This document shows positions 36,693 through 49,393 of a stretch of DNA of 64,000 bases, piece by piece (position 1 is the first letter of the stretch; each line of letters starts with the position of its first letter). Source of the stretch: Mobula hypostoma (lineage: Eukaryota); assembly GCF_963921235.1 (NCBI RefSeq), contig NC_086108.1, positions 28,088,001-28,152,000 on the forward strand, read 5' to 3'. The position numbers and the translations under genes are program-made. The notes under the pieces were generated by a model. The model worked only from the letters and a program-made list of their open reading frames with translations, did not search any database and had not been told where the DNA came from.

Positions 36693-37445
36693 CAAAAACA
36701 CAAGACATTCTGCAGATGCTGGAAATGCAGAGCAACACGCACAAAATCCTGGAGGAACTCCACCAGTCATGCAGCATTCATGAAAATGAATAAAGCGTCG
36801 ACATTTTGGGCCCGAGTATAAGCAGAATATAAGCAGTCACTTGCAGGTAGATCTATAACCAGAAAGCAAAAAGCATTTAAACTGAAAATAATGAGAATTC
36901 AGGGCAACTGTGTTCCATAAAATGTGAAAGGAAATTAAAGCAAGTCTAAGGAACCTAAACAAGAGTGGAATTTAAAGTTGACACAATTAATCTTGCTATG
37001 CGCCATATTGTACTCGACCAACATTTCCAATCTTTTCTTCAGGAAATTTTGTTTGTTTTGTGACTTTCTTAATAGGACTCCAATTGTTTCTAATTAGGAG
37101 TGCTTTGGGAATTGTTTCTAATTTGGGACTATTTTGCTGAGACTCAGCATTACTCTCAAATTTTATTGCCAAACAGTCAGAAAAGGAACTAGATCGTTGT
37201 GAAGTAATTACTCAGTATAGCCTAGCTAGACCTGAAGGAAAAAGATAAACACAGATATTCTGCAGGTGCTGGAAATCCAGAGCAACCTATAGAAAATGCT
37301 GGAGGAACTCAGCCAGTCAGGCAGCATCTATGGAAATGAATAAACAGTCAACGTTTCGAATATGAAACATCAACTGTTTACTAATTTCCATAGATGCTGC
37401 CTGACTGATTGAGTTCCAAGTTCCTCCAGCATTGTGTGTGTGCTC
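36693..37445 (-). mobile_element. Two decayed PLE ends (36693-36815; fold-back copy 37247-37445)
   Basis: AAACACA..TCTGCAG(A/G)TGCTGGAAAT termini; the second copy is an imperfect palindrome centred at about 37360. Confidence 0.72.
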
Positions 37446-38685
37446 CTTTACAGAATTCTACAGTTCATTTCCTACTAACAGCATCAGCAAACCTGAATAC
37501 ATTATGTTGTCAGTTATTGTTATAGTTCACATATAGTTGCCACGGATTGTTGTATCATCTCCAGTGTGAACACATCTCATACACGTAAGTCCAAATTTAA
37601 AGAAAAACAAATTAAAATTTGTTATGGTTTGTTGGTGCACTTGAATTATTTGGAAAAAATTGAGAGATGAAGAAAATCCAACTAGATTTAATGCCATTAC
37701 TGAATAATGTTCCCTTTATTCTGTCTGTTAGAAATAAGACTGAACAGATCTGGCTGATTTTATGTACATGAAAAGTGTCTCTCTTGCTTTTGAAACATTT
37801 GATTGCTACTTATGTGTCTCAAGGTTGCTCACTCTGTAAACACAAAATAATCTGCAGATGCTGTGATCTGTGCTCCCTCTGTGCCAACTAAATTTATGGT
37901 GCTTAATTTTTCACTTATCAAGTACCATATTAGACAGTGTGATATTGGACATCACATGATGAGCACTTCATAAGCAGCTCCACATCACTTTCCTTCTTCC
38001 TCGGCAGTCGCTCAGACTCAAGGATGGCTTTTTTCACTGTTTTTCAGGGTTTGTGAAACTGATGTTGCCAGTATGGGAACAGTAGATTCCACCAGAAGGT
38101 GCCAGATTGGTTGGGGAGATTGTGAGATGGTAAACTTGTTCCTTGCTTATTTAAGGCTTGTTCCTGCTTCTGATTCATGGATTTGTGGTCCTAAGTACCA
38201 TTTGAATGCTCCTTCTCCACTTTGAGCTGTGATGGACATGAGATTCCCAGAGTTGGTGAGTTTGTTGCACTTTTTCAAGGAGGCTTTGAGAATAACCTTG
38301 GAAGCTTTCTTCAGTCTTGTCTAATAATCTCTTCACATGGTAGAATTTAGAAAGTCTGCCTATTTCAGAAATGTGGTGTTGGTCATGTAAACAATGTGAC
38401 CTCTCCAATGTGGTTGACTGAATATAATTACGGGGATTTAGGGGATGTTGGCCTAGGAGAGGACACTAACATTGATTTGTATAGCAGCATATCCTCCTAA
38501 AACGTAAAGTGCAGAAAACCCCAAATACAAATACAACTAAAGCTCATGACTTAGTCATTGTAGGGAGTTGTCCACCATAACAACTCACACAAGCACAAGG
38601 CGAATGAAGGAGATATGTTCATCTTCATTTACGTATGATATATAAGATTGCACAAGGAAATAACATTATGATAATAGACAAGTTA

Positions 38686-39631
38686 CACTAGACAACAAAG
38701 ATTTTGCTTCCTGAAGACTTTTTGGTCTGTCTTATGGATTTTGGGTCTGATCATGAAAATCACCATGAAATTTCCCTATCATGAACCATTTTTTTTGAAT
38801 CACCTGTTTTTGTTATTTCAATTCATAATTCAAATCCATTAAAATGTTGTCCACAATATAAGCTGAAAAGGTTTCTATCTTGTCCAGGCATTTCTGGGCA
38901 TGCTTAGGCAGGGCAGATGATGCATGGCAGACAGGTTTTAAAAAGGCTATAAATTTCCGTGAAGGATTTCAATATCTGGTACAGATATTTCCCAGAATAA
39001 TTGATGTTAAGATTAAGGAAGCTTTTTTTATTGTTGGTCTGCAAATCAAACAGGTCATCAATGAAAAAACTTCCAGTTGCGCTCGGGAAAATCTCATGAA
39101 AGGTATTCAAGGATGTTGTTGAAAATTTTCTTAGCAACAACAAAGCAAACTACATGCAGCTGGATGACAACATGTTTCAAGCATACAAAACCATGAAGTG
39201 CAACATGTAACTAAAAATTCATTTTCTACATTCTCATTTAGACTTCTTTCCTGCAAATCTTGGTGCTGACAGTGATGAGCATGGTGAAAGGTTTCACCAG
39301 GACATTGCAGTCATGGAGAAATGGTATCAGACAACTGGAATCCATCAATGCTGGCTGATTATTGTTGGACACTTAAGCGAGAAGCCTCAGGCACTGAGAA
39401 CAACTGAAAATCATCAACAAAGCATTTTTAGATTAGTCGAACAATTTATTGCAAGGCGTCAGCACCACTATGCAATTAAACATGTTATATTCAACAAAAG
39501 TTAATGTCTTCTTCCTCCAAATTCCTATGTGATACAAGTAGTCTGAAATTATATTTTTGTGTTCAGCTTCAAGTGGTCTATGAAAACTTTCTGAAGAAGT
39601 AACGACGGCGAAAAAAAATTGCAGTTCAATG
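38686..39631 (+). mobile_element. Internally deleted DNA transposon, probably CMC-Chapaev3-like
   Basis: EGFQYLVQIFPRIIDVKIKEAFFIVGLQIKQ, and from 39211 LKIHFLHSHLDFFPANLGADSDEHGERFHQDIAVMEKWYQ; CACTAGACAACAA start after TTA, degenerate inverted end. Superfamily assigned from recalled motif. Confidence 0.7.
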
Positions 39632-40784
39632 TTGTCAGTCATTCTTCAAGCTTTGCATTTGTGGGTTGTGACAGACAAAAAAAAAGTGGCTAAACATTCA
39701 TCTCCTTGGGAAGGCGTAAATAGCCTGGATCTTCTCCCATGGATTAAGATTAAAGGCAGGAAATCTTTTTCATTAGAACAGTTAGAGTCAGATAGACCAG
39801 AAATAGGCCTTTCATCACACCACGTCCATGCTGACCATCAAATACCTATGTATACTAGTTCCATTTTACAGACTCAGCCCTTAGCTTTCTGTATCATAGC
39901 ATTTTAGAAACTCATCTAAATGCTTCTTCCTAACTGTTACAGGCGTATATGCATCGGACACCCGTTTGGGCAGCGAGTTCCTAATTTCAACATGCGCTGG
40001 GTGAAAACATTCTTCCTCAAATCCCCTCTAATTTTTCTGCTCCTTATGTTAACCTCTGCTCTCTAGTTATAGTCACCATTGGTATATGTTTATGGGGTAA
40101 CCTGTGATGATTTGAACATACCAGTCATTTGAACCTTTCTAATGGAAATGCAGCCCAATTTCTGTGAGGAGACAGAATCCCACATTCCCTGCACAGCCTA
40201 CATTCCTTTGGGTGTGCCTAGTGAACCAGTGAAACTTCTGAACTTCAGTAAGAACTTTGCAGACTGAACATCAAATCAAGCTTCAAAACCATACTGTATG
40301 GAGATGTCCCATAAAGTTTCTCCCAAAGTGGGAGCAAGTGTGTTCCTCTGAAGTTCTAATCTTCTTAAACATCAATCATTTATTAAACATCAAAAGTCAT
40401 TTATTCCAGTGAATATATCCTTTTCTCTTTCACTGTGTGACCTTCGTTCCATTTCTGAAGACTTGTGGTCTTGAACTTTATTAATACCCTAAGACGTGAT
40501 TTAGAAAAGTACACATACAGTAGCTCAGTCATTACTAAAACCCGTAGACTTGGCTGAGAGCAAAAACCATGTACTTGATCTTCAGTTGTATACATTGTCT
40601 TGATGTGTAGTACCTCTAGATTTGGTCTGTGGTGCCCATAGATTTTTTCTTCAGCAAAACCCAAATGCAACTATGAGTTCAGCTCCACCTCACTTCAGTC
40701 CCAGAACTGAGGTCATGGAAGGAAAGAATCTACCCTCTGTGTTGCTTTGCAAAGTATATGCTCCAATTATCTACATACTTCTCT

Positions 40785-41210
40785 CTTTCATTCCTTCACT
40801 CTGTTAGCCTGCACGTTACCCTTGGGCAAGGTGTAGCATCTGCTTAGCACAACTTCCCCCCCCCCCCCTACCCTCCACAGCTCAGGGCCATGTGAAGCCA
40901 TGGGAGCAGGTGGCAGATGGTCATATGAGCAACTGGTGCATATGACGCCAGGCAGACGGTCCTGGAAAATTATTGATAGTGTCTGCAGGTCACCTATCTT
41001 GTAAAGACACTGCCCACATGAAGGCAATGGCAAAGCAGTCCTGTAGAAAAATTTGCCAAGAACAATCATAGAAACATAGAAACATAGAAACATAGAAAAT
41101 AGGTGCAGGAGTAGGCCATTCGGCCCTTCGAGCCTGCACCGCCATTTATTATGATCATGGCTGATCATATGGTTATGAGAGTATGATTGCCTATGTCATA
41201 TGACAGGGCA
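40785..41210 (+). mobile_element. RTE/BovB-related SINE-like element with a CR1 tail inserted (41066-41168, -)
   Basis: GAAGGCAATGGCAAAGCAGTCCTG..TTGCCAAGAA resembles the Bov-A/Sauria-SINE RTE segment; (CATAGAAA)n CR1 tail insert. Confidence 0.55.
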
Positions 41211-42424
41211 TTTTGACATATTTCTAGAAGACCCCAATGCTTATATCTCTCCAGTTAAAAAAAATTTTGAACCACAATTCTCCATTTTCAATCCTTTATC
41301 ATACTCCATTCTGCCTCTTATCCTTTAATGCTGTACAGTTTAGACAGCAGAGCCAACTTGTCCAATAAAAATCATACTTTGCAAATTCATAATTGCAGTC
41401 CTCAATGCACCTACATTCTTCTAGTTGAACATTAAGTCAATTGCATTGTAATGCTACCTAATATATAAAAAGCTGTCTGATATGACTTCAGTCCTTTTCC
41501 CTAACCTATATCCTACCTCAAACGACATTGCTGAGACAAATTGCCTGGTTATAATCACAACGTGCTCCTGTGGACACTGTCACGATATGTTAGTCATTGA
41601 ACTTCATACACTATGATAGTGGCATACTTCAGCAACTGTTTGTTAAGCTGTTTTTGATGCTTTCTGAAATTGAAAGTCACAAGTCTTTTTTCTCTTTTTC
41701 TGTTAATATATGTGCCTGATCAGCAAGTGCCTAGGCTGTGCACTCCACATTTATAACAATAGATGCTTGCAAGATTGTTGTTAGATCTGCTATTTCCTCT
41801 CTTTAGTCTCTTGCTCGTTTTCTACATCTCTCTTGAATTTGTTATGTTCACTTTCTCCCTCCTCTCTTGTCTTCATGGATGTCACATCTTCCCTTATCTT
41901 TTCTTTCATCTTTATTTCTTATCTTTCCCAAATACAAATATTTACAAGAAAATGACTCACTTTTTTCTGACCTAACCACAGGAAGTACATGTCAGGTGAC
42001 TAGGCCAATATGTACAGGCTCTGCCAGATTAATTTTGAACATGATGATGGTGCTAAAGGTAACTCGCGAACTTGCTGAATAATAGAGAAGACCTGAAGCT
42101 ACATCTCCTTCTTCTGCTTGAATAAACTAATTAATTTACAGACCAAATAGGAGTGTGGTTACAAATTAAACACATTAATGGGCCTGGAGTTACATATAGA
42201 CCAGGCTGGATAACAACAGGTAATTTCTTTCGCTGAAGCATTATGATGAACTATTTGGGGTTTCTGAACAATTTAGAGGCATTGTGCTCACCATTCCACA
42301 GCTAATAGCTGTGATAGTCAGAGCGTCATGGAGATATACAGCATTGAAACAGGCCTTTCAGCCCATCTTGTCCATGCAGACCAAGTTGCCTACCTGAGCT
42401 ACTTTGGCCCATATCCCTCTAAAA

Positions 42425-42477
42425 CAAGGGTTCCCAACCCCTCAGTTCCATGGCATAAGAAAGGTTGGGAATCTGTG
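42425..42477. mobile_element. 53-bp hAT MITE
   Basis: CAAGGGTTCCCAACC..AGGTTGGGAATCTGTG; 8-bp TSD CTCTAAAA/CTCTAAAC. Confidence 0.75.
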
Positions 42478-42905
42478 CTCTAAACTTTTCCTATCCCCAT
42501 ACCTGTTTAAATGTCTTTTATATTTACCATTTCCTCTGACAGCACATTCTCTGTATCCAAAACCCTCTGTGTGAAAAATTTACCCTTCACATCCCCTTTG
42601 TTTTTTTTTCTTCCTCGTTCAAAACGACACCCTCTAATTTTAGAATCACTAACATTGGGAAAAAAATTGTGACTATTTAACTTACCTACCCCCTCATGAT
42701 TTCATAGTTCTTTGTAAGGTCTTCCCTCAGCCTCTGACAATTCAGGGGAAAAAAATCCCGGCCCATCGAATCTCTCCTTGTAGATCAAACACTTCTGTCT
42801 TAGTAGCATCCTTGTAAGATTTTGTATCCCTTTCAGCCTACTGACACTTTCCTTCTGGTTAAGTGACCAGAATTCCTTTACTTCAAATGACACCTCACCA
42901 GCATC

Positions 42906-44060
42906 TTTCCTTTTCTTTTTCAAACTTTTTATTAGTTTCATAATAATAAACATAGCATAATATTGATACAAAGTTATTGGGAATACATTGTTGTAATTAG
43001 CATAGTGAAATATAAGCCCAGTTGACACATGAGTGTTAAATCTCCCAATCATACAGGATACAGATGAACAATATAAAACAAAAAAAAATCTGAAAAAAAT
43101 CATGAAAAAAAATATCCCCCCCAAAAAACTAACCTATTCATCCTCTATATATGCTAAATATGCATTGATACAGTTTAAAGCAGTGCATAGGGCTCATATG
43201 TCTAAGGATAAATTATCTCATTATTATCACAAGACAAAGGAGCAGAAGTAGGCCATTCGGCCCATCGAGTCTGCTCTGCAGCTCCCCCATGAGCTAAACT
43301 ATTCACCCATCTAGTTCCAATTTCCAGCTTTTTCCCCATATCCCTTGGTATCCCTGACTAACTAGATACCTGTCAATCTCCTCCTTAAACACCCTTAATG
43401 ATCGGGCCTCCACAGCTGTATGTGGCAACGAATTCCACAAATCCACGACCCTCTGGCTAAAAAAATTTCTCCTGATCTCTGTTTTATTCTCATATAAATT
43501 ATTATTATTCTCATATAAATCCTATATGTGATAGATGTCACTCCGAGATAGCTTCTCTAACTCATATGTTTTGGTCATGTCCTTTGTTGAAAAAATATTG
43601 GAAAGATACTTTTGATATTATCTCAACTGTTTTGAATACTGTATTGATTTACAACCTCACCCTATTACTGTCATTTTTGGGTTACCAATGATAGAATCAA
43701 GTCATTTAACCTCTTCAGCTTGTCGGATGATTGCATTTCTTACATTAATGGCTAGAAGATCCATTTTGCTGAACTGGAAAGAGATTAATCTTCCCACCAC
43801 ATTTCATTGGTTCTCTCAAACTATGTTGTGTTTAAACTTGGAAAAAATTAGAAGCGTTGTTTATGATCCCTCTATTAAATTCAAAAAGACTTGGAGACCA
43901 TTTATTCAACATTTTCATATGATGTAATTTGACCTTCTCCAAACTTATTCTATTTCTTTGTAATATATGTTGAGAGGAACGGAGTCGTTGGCACTAATGG
44001 TTCCCTTTTTTTATGATGTTACAGAACAGTCCATGTCTTTTTTTTAGTTTAGTTGATTAA
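42906..44060. mobile_element. Fish-type L1 3' portion with an internal inversion; CR1 3' end inserted at about 43228-43487
   Basis: ALIQFKAVHRAHMSK..CDRC..LTHMFWSC zinc knuckle and ARRSILLNWK..LNLEKIR..FKKTWRPF on +; AATAAA plus A-rich tail on - at 42906-42933. Confidence 0.82.
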
Positions 44061-44529
44061 CACTCGTTAACATCTTGTACAGCTGTAGCATTGTATCCCA
44101 TTTGATGTATAGAGTGCCCCGACCACTGTAGGCCAGCATGCTAAGTGCCTTCTTCAACACCCTGTCTACTTGTGTCAGCACTTTCCTGAAACTTTGTATG
44201 TACCCCTGGGTCTCTCTGCTATAAGCATTCTTCAAGACCTTGCCATTTACTGAGTAAGTCCTGCCCTGGTTTAACTTCTCAAAATGATCACTTCACACTT
44301 GTTTGAGTTAAATTCCACCTGCTGCTCCTTAGTACTCTTTCCACGTGTTTTAGTTCCTGTTAAATAACTTCCTTTGCTGTCCTTTATACCATTAATGAAC
44401 AACCACCGATTTACTAATGCTACCACTACACTCTTATCCAAATTGTTAATATAGATGACAGACAACATTGGACCCAATGCCAATTCCTGTGGCACCTCTC
44501 TAGATACAGGCCTCTAGTCTGAAAATAAT

Positions 44530-46930
44530 CCTCTGGATTATAAATTTCTAGGGACTGATGAGTTGTGAACAGGCTTTTGTAGCAAGGAAAGGAGGAAATT
44601 ATTAGTGCCCTGACAGAGTTTTAAATCTTTGCTCGTGACAAGTGATGACAGAAATGTGGCGCCTTTATTCATGAAGAAAAGAAGCATTAAATCATGTAAT
44701 TACAGGCCACTGAGTCCAACATCAAAGGAAAATTGGTTGAAACATTCCAATGGTCATGATTAATCTGAATTTGGAGAGGGAGGGATTAATCAAAAGTAAT
44801 CAGCATGTTTTTGTTGGGGGGGGGGCATAATCCTAATTGATCAACTACTGAAAATTTCAAGGAGATTCCAAAATGCATCAATGAGGACTGTGCTGTTGAT
44901 GTAGTCTCCATGAACTTCAGTAAGATCTTTAACAAGGTTCCACAGGGAAGACTGATCCAAAAGTTAGATTTGTGGGATTCATGATAACTCTGCATATTAG
45001 ATCCAAAGTTAGCTTGGCAAAAAGAGGCAGAGGGTAAATACTGAGTTGAAGCCTGTGACAAGTGGTTTACAACATGAATCAAAACTAGTTCAGACATAAG
45101 AGACTACAAATGCGGCAATCTGGACCAACAATCTGCTGGAGGAACTCAAAGAATCGTGCAACATCTGCTGAGGGAGCAGTTGTCAACAGTGTGGGTCAAA
45201 ACCCTAATCAAGACTAGGTGGAGAGAAGAGATGGTCAGTATACAGGAACAATCTCAGCAATGAAAGGGTTAACATATAAGGAGCATTTAATGTCTCTGGA
45301 CCTGTACTCGACGTGTTTAGAAGAATGAGGAGGTGGAAGTGGAGGGAAATTGAACTGAAATTTACCAAATATTTCCTCTTGATTCTCTCAAGTTGCCTCT
45401 CATGACTGGAGGCCTGTGGCTAGTGGTGAGCTGCTGGGATCGGTGCTGGGTCCATTGTTGCTTGTCATCTGTATCAATAATCTGGATTATAATGTGGTCA
45501 ACTAGGTTAGCAAACTTGCTGATGACACTAAGATTGGGGGCATAGTGGACAGCAAGGAAGACTATCAAAGCCTGCAGCAGGATCTGATCCAGCTGGAAAA
45601 TTGGGCCGAAAATGGCAGAGGGAATTCAATGCAGACAAGTGTGAGGTGTTGCACTTCGGAAGAACAAATCAGGGTAGGATTTACATGGTGAACAGTAGGT
45701 GCAGAGTATGGTAGAACAGAGGGATATGGGAATACAGATCCATAATTCCTTGAAAGTAGCATCACAAGCAGATAGGGTCATAAAGGCAAGTTGGCAAGTT
45801 GGCCTTCATAATCAAAAGATTGAGTACAGGATTTGGGATATTATGTTGAAGTTGTATAAGACGTTGGTGAGACCTAATTTGGAGCATTGTGTGCAGTTCA
45901 AGTCACCTTCCTACAAATATCAGTAAGATTGAAGAGTCCAAAGAAAATGTACAAGGAAGTTGCCAGGACTCAAGGAACCAGGATATAGGGAAAGGCTAAA
46001 TAGAATATAGTAGATTACGGGGAGATTTGACAGAAGTATACAAAATTATGAGGGGTCAAATCACAAACAAGAGGAAGTCTGCAGATGCTGGAAATCCAAG
46101 CAACACACACAAAATGCTGGAAGAACTTAGCAGGCCAGGCAGCATCTATGGAAAAAAATGCAGTAAACATCTCGGCCCGAAACGTCGACTGTACTTTTTT
46201 CCATAGATGCTGCTTGGCCTGCAAAATTGTGAGGGGTTTAGATAGGATAAATGCGAGCATTTTTCCATTGAAGTTGATTGATGCTAGAACTAGAGGTCAT
46301 GGGTTAAGGCTGAAGGGTGAACGAGGTTTAAGGAAAACGTTAGGGGGAACTTCTTCACTTGGAGGGTGGTGGGAGTGTGGAATGAGCTGCCAGTGGGTGT
46401 GGTGAATGTGGGTTCAATTTCAACATTTAAGAGAAATTTGGAGAGGTACAAGGGTTGGAAGGATTTGGAGGTCTATAGTCCAAGTGTAGGTCAATGGGAC
46501 TAGGCAGCATAATCGATCAGCATGGATTAGATGAGCCAAAGGGCCTGCAGTGTTCTATAACTCTATGATTATTTTGTAAGGTCTAGATAGAATGGACATA
46601 GAGAGTATGTTATCAATAGTGGGACATTCTAGGACAAGCGGTCACTGCCTCAGAATAAAATCCATGTCTTTAGAACAAAATTTAGGAGGAATTTCTTTAC
46701 ACGAGGCTGGTGAATCTGTGGAATTCATTGCCATGGGCAGCTGTAGAGACCAGGTCACTGGATTTATTTAAAGCAGAAGTTGATAGTTTCTTGATTAGTA
46801 AGGGCATCGGATGTCATGCGGAGAAGGCAGGAGAATAGGGTTGAGAGGGGAAATAAATCTGTCAAATTTGAATGGCAGAGCAGACTTAATGGGCCAAGTG
46901 GTTTAATTCCGCAGCTATGTCTTATGGTCT
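44530..46930 (+). mobile_element. Cluster of CR1 fragments (nested copy about 45395-46570) with small PLE ends
   Basis: SKLADDTKIGG, MLKLYKTLVRPNLEHCVQF, RTRGHGLRLKG; CR1 tails at about 46565 and 46925. Confidence 0.8.
46057..46221 (-). mobile_element. Fold-back PLE mini-insertion in CR1
   Basis: 16-bp TSD CAAAATT(A/G)TGAGGGGT (46041-56, 46222-37); inverted GCAGGCCAGGCAGCATCTATGG arms. Confidence 0.85.
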
Positions 46931-47329
46931 GAAGGTCTATAAAAAGGAAGGCTTGAGGAGACTAGGGCCTGAAGCACCTCTCGGCTCCATCAGCCTTTTT
47001 TTTTGTCTGCCTCTGTCTCTGCCCCTTCCCTACTTGGCTCGATCTGTCCACCATTCTTCAATCCTCCTTAGTAGACCAATCAGCTGCTAGCCCCTGTCCC
47101 ACCAAGTCCGCTCCTTTTTATCTCTGGCCATCTCTTCTCTCAGTCCAAGTGAAAAGTTTCGACCTGAACGTATTTCGTTCTATTCAGCCGCTGAGTTCCT
47201 CCAGCACATTGTTTGTAGCTCTGAAGTGTCATGTTAGCAGAAAATTCTGGAGCTTTTCAGTGCAATAAAAACCGAGGCAGCTGATGAAGTTAAGGGTGCG
47301 GGTGTAAGTGAATTGGCTTCTGTAATTCT

Positions 47330-48800
47330 AATAGTCTGCAAAACATTTCAACGCTGCTAACCAACCGGATCTGCAAAACGTCCTCAGTACCAATGAGCAG
47401 ATAAGACTATTTGCTTTGTGCACATGATCTGCTCAGGGCAGGATTCCGGTTTTGAACCTCGCTCCTCCCTCTGAGCCGCTGCACGTACATTAACTGTTGT
47501 TTCAGCAAGGTTCGAGCGTGCCCTGATGTCGGTTTGCGTTGGGATGGCGCGGCACCGGTATACGGTCCTGCTGATTCTAGCGGCGATTTCCTTGCTGGCG
47601 AAAAGCGGGAACGGTCTTTATTCCCCGGCGGACCAGGTCACTCTCCTTGACTACAGCAACTTGGATGGGATACTGTATAACTCCAGCAAAGCCTGGGTGG
47701 TGGAGTTCTATGCCTCTTGGTGCGGACACTGTATAAGCTTCGCCCGAGTGTGGAAATCGCTGGCGAATGATATCAAAGGTTTGGGTTGTGACTTTATTTA
47801 AACCGAAGCGTGTAGTTTGTGAGCGTCTAAACCACAAGGAACTCGGAGCTCTGCTTACTTTGCCGAGCGAGGTGCGAGCGCCGGAACACACTCTCTACGT
47901 CTGTTCTGTCAGGCATCGCGTTCCATACCGAAAGTTGGAGATTCCCATACCAGAACCAACGCTGGTTCAAGACCCCAACTCCCTGTCATAAACCCATTAA
48001 GGTTCCGATTGATCCCGGACCCACATCACTTCCTTCCAGCTCCAGTTGATTTCAAATTCAACATCGACCTGTCTTTGGGTTTAAATAATCTAATACCCAG
48101 TCACCAAGAGCGAAATGCTGGCCAGTCTGTAAAATCTGGAATTCGGATTTATTGTCATGTATAGCAGGGACTTCATCGCATCCGGGTGTATATAACAATC
48201 TCTGTCCCTTTGGTTATTATCAGATTTCACTGGTGCTGTCATGTCCAGCAACCCCTTTCTGCTGCCCAGCGTAGTTTTCAAATTCCTTATCCCCCTTCCC
48301 CCATTTATCATTACTAGCACCATAGATGCTGCTCGACCCGCTGAGTCACTCCATCAGATTATTTGCTGACCAAGATTCATGCATCTGCAATCACTAGCTT
48401 TTCACTGGTTGCGTAGTGAATTTGGGCGCCACGTTCCCTTGCTGATGAATTAAAAGTCTCCTTTCGCCGGGTCTGTGCGGGGTCATTGAGACAGGTTGGG
48501 ACCGATGACCGCGCAGAGATAAAAGAGCAAACAGCGAGAAGTAAACGGCAGGTGGTAAAGTCAGTGAATGAGGGAAAGGGAGAGAATGGGTAGGATTAAA
48601 ATGTAACGCTGATGGCTGGGACAACTTTCAGAAGGGCACCCTCGTGATCCGTCCGGTGATTGTCATCTCAGGCAAGGTTGGGGCAAAAAAAAGGAGAGCG
48701 CTCTTTTTGTAGCGCTTAATCCTCATTGCAAGGCGAATCCACCACTGAAAATGCAGTTGTAGCTGGCGGAGGGTGAAAAGCAACGCATTTACACCGGCTG
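47330..48800 (+). promoter_or_regulatory. CpG-rich promoter / first-exon region of QSOX1
   Basis: Visibly higher CpG density than the flanks; CCAAT at about 47390; surrounds a first coding exon. TSS cannot be placed. Confidence 0.6.
47526..47778 (+). CDS. QSOX1: Sulfhydryl oxidase 1 (quiescin Q6), coding exon 1; alternative start at ATG 47544
   Basis: Hydrophobic signal peptide, then LYSPADQVTLL..SSKAWVVEFYASWCGHCISFARVWKSLANDIK (QSOX Trx1 domain; LYSP fits QSOX1 better than QSOX2); similarity ends at a phase-1 donor AAAG|GTTTGG (GT 47779-80). Confidence 0.9.
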
Positions 48801-49393
48801 TCTGGAAACTGATAATAAAGGGACTGATGTCATGATAGCAGCAAAATCTCATTAGTTACAGTTGTATTGCCCAATAAATTTTGCATAGTGTTAATATTGC
48901 TAGTGACAGCAGCAGCGAGTATGAAAATGTTGCATTTGTTTATAGATAATACCACTAAGATAAAAGTAGAGTTACGCAGTAGTTTTGCATGAAAAAGAAA
49001 GAACGTTGCATTGAGTGACGATAACTATGTCGTGACCGCATTCAGAGTTCACTATATCAACGTGCACATGAATGGGAAACACCACTAGACTTGGCTACAA
49101 AGTGGTGCGCTTGAGGTTTTTGAATCTGCTGGAAGGGAGACGGGTGACTGGAAGCTCCCTTCAATCTATTGAGAATTTCAATGTTTTTAAAACTTTGTGA
49201 ATGAGCCATCAAAATCTTGTTGTAGTTTGTCGGATGGGATCGCTTTTATGAGCCTTGACTGTTATACATACATAATCATTAAAAGAGCAGGATTCCGCAA
49301 GTGAATCTGTCTGCACTCAAATTCTGGAGTTAGGCTTTAATCTATACCTTTCTGATCAAAGGCAAGAAAGAAATGAGAATTTTCATAGATGAT

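Larger units (their letters stand above)
42320..44525 (-). mobile_element. Old CR1 (42320-42905 + 44060-44525) hosting a hAT MITE and an L1
   Basis: MPQELALGPMLSVIYINNLD, QVEFNSNKCEV, MLQLYKML decayed CR1 RT motifs. Confidence 0.7.
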
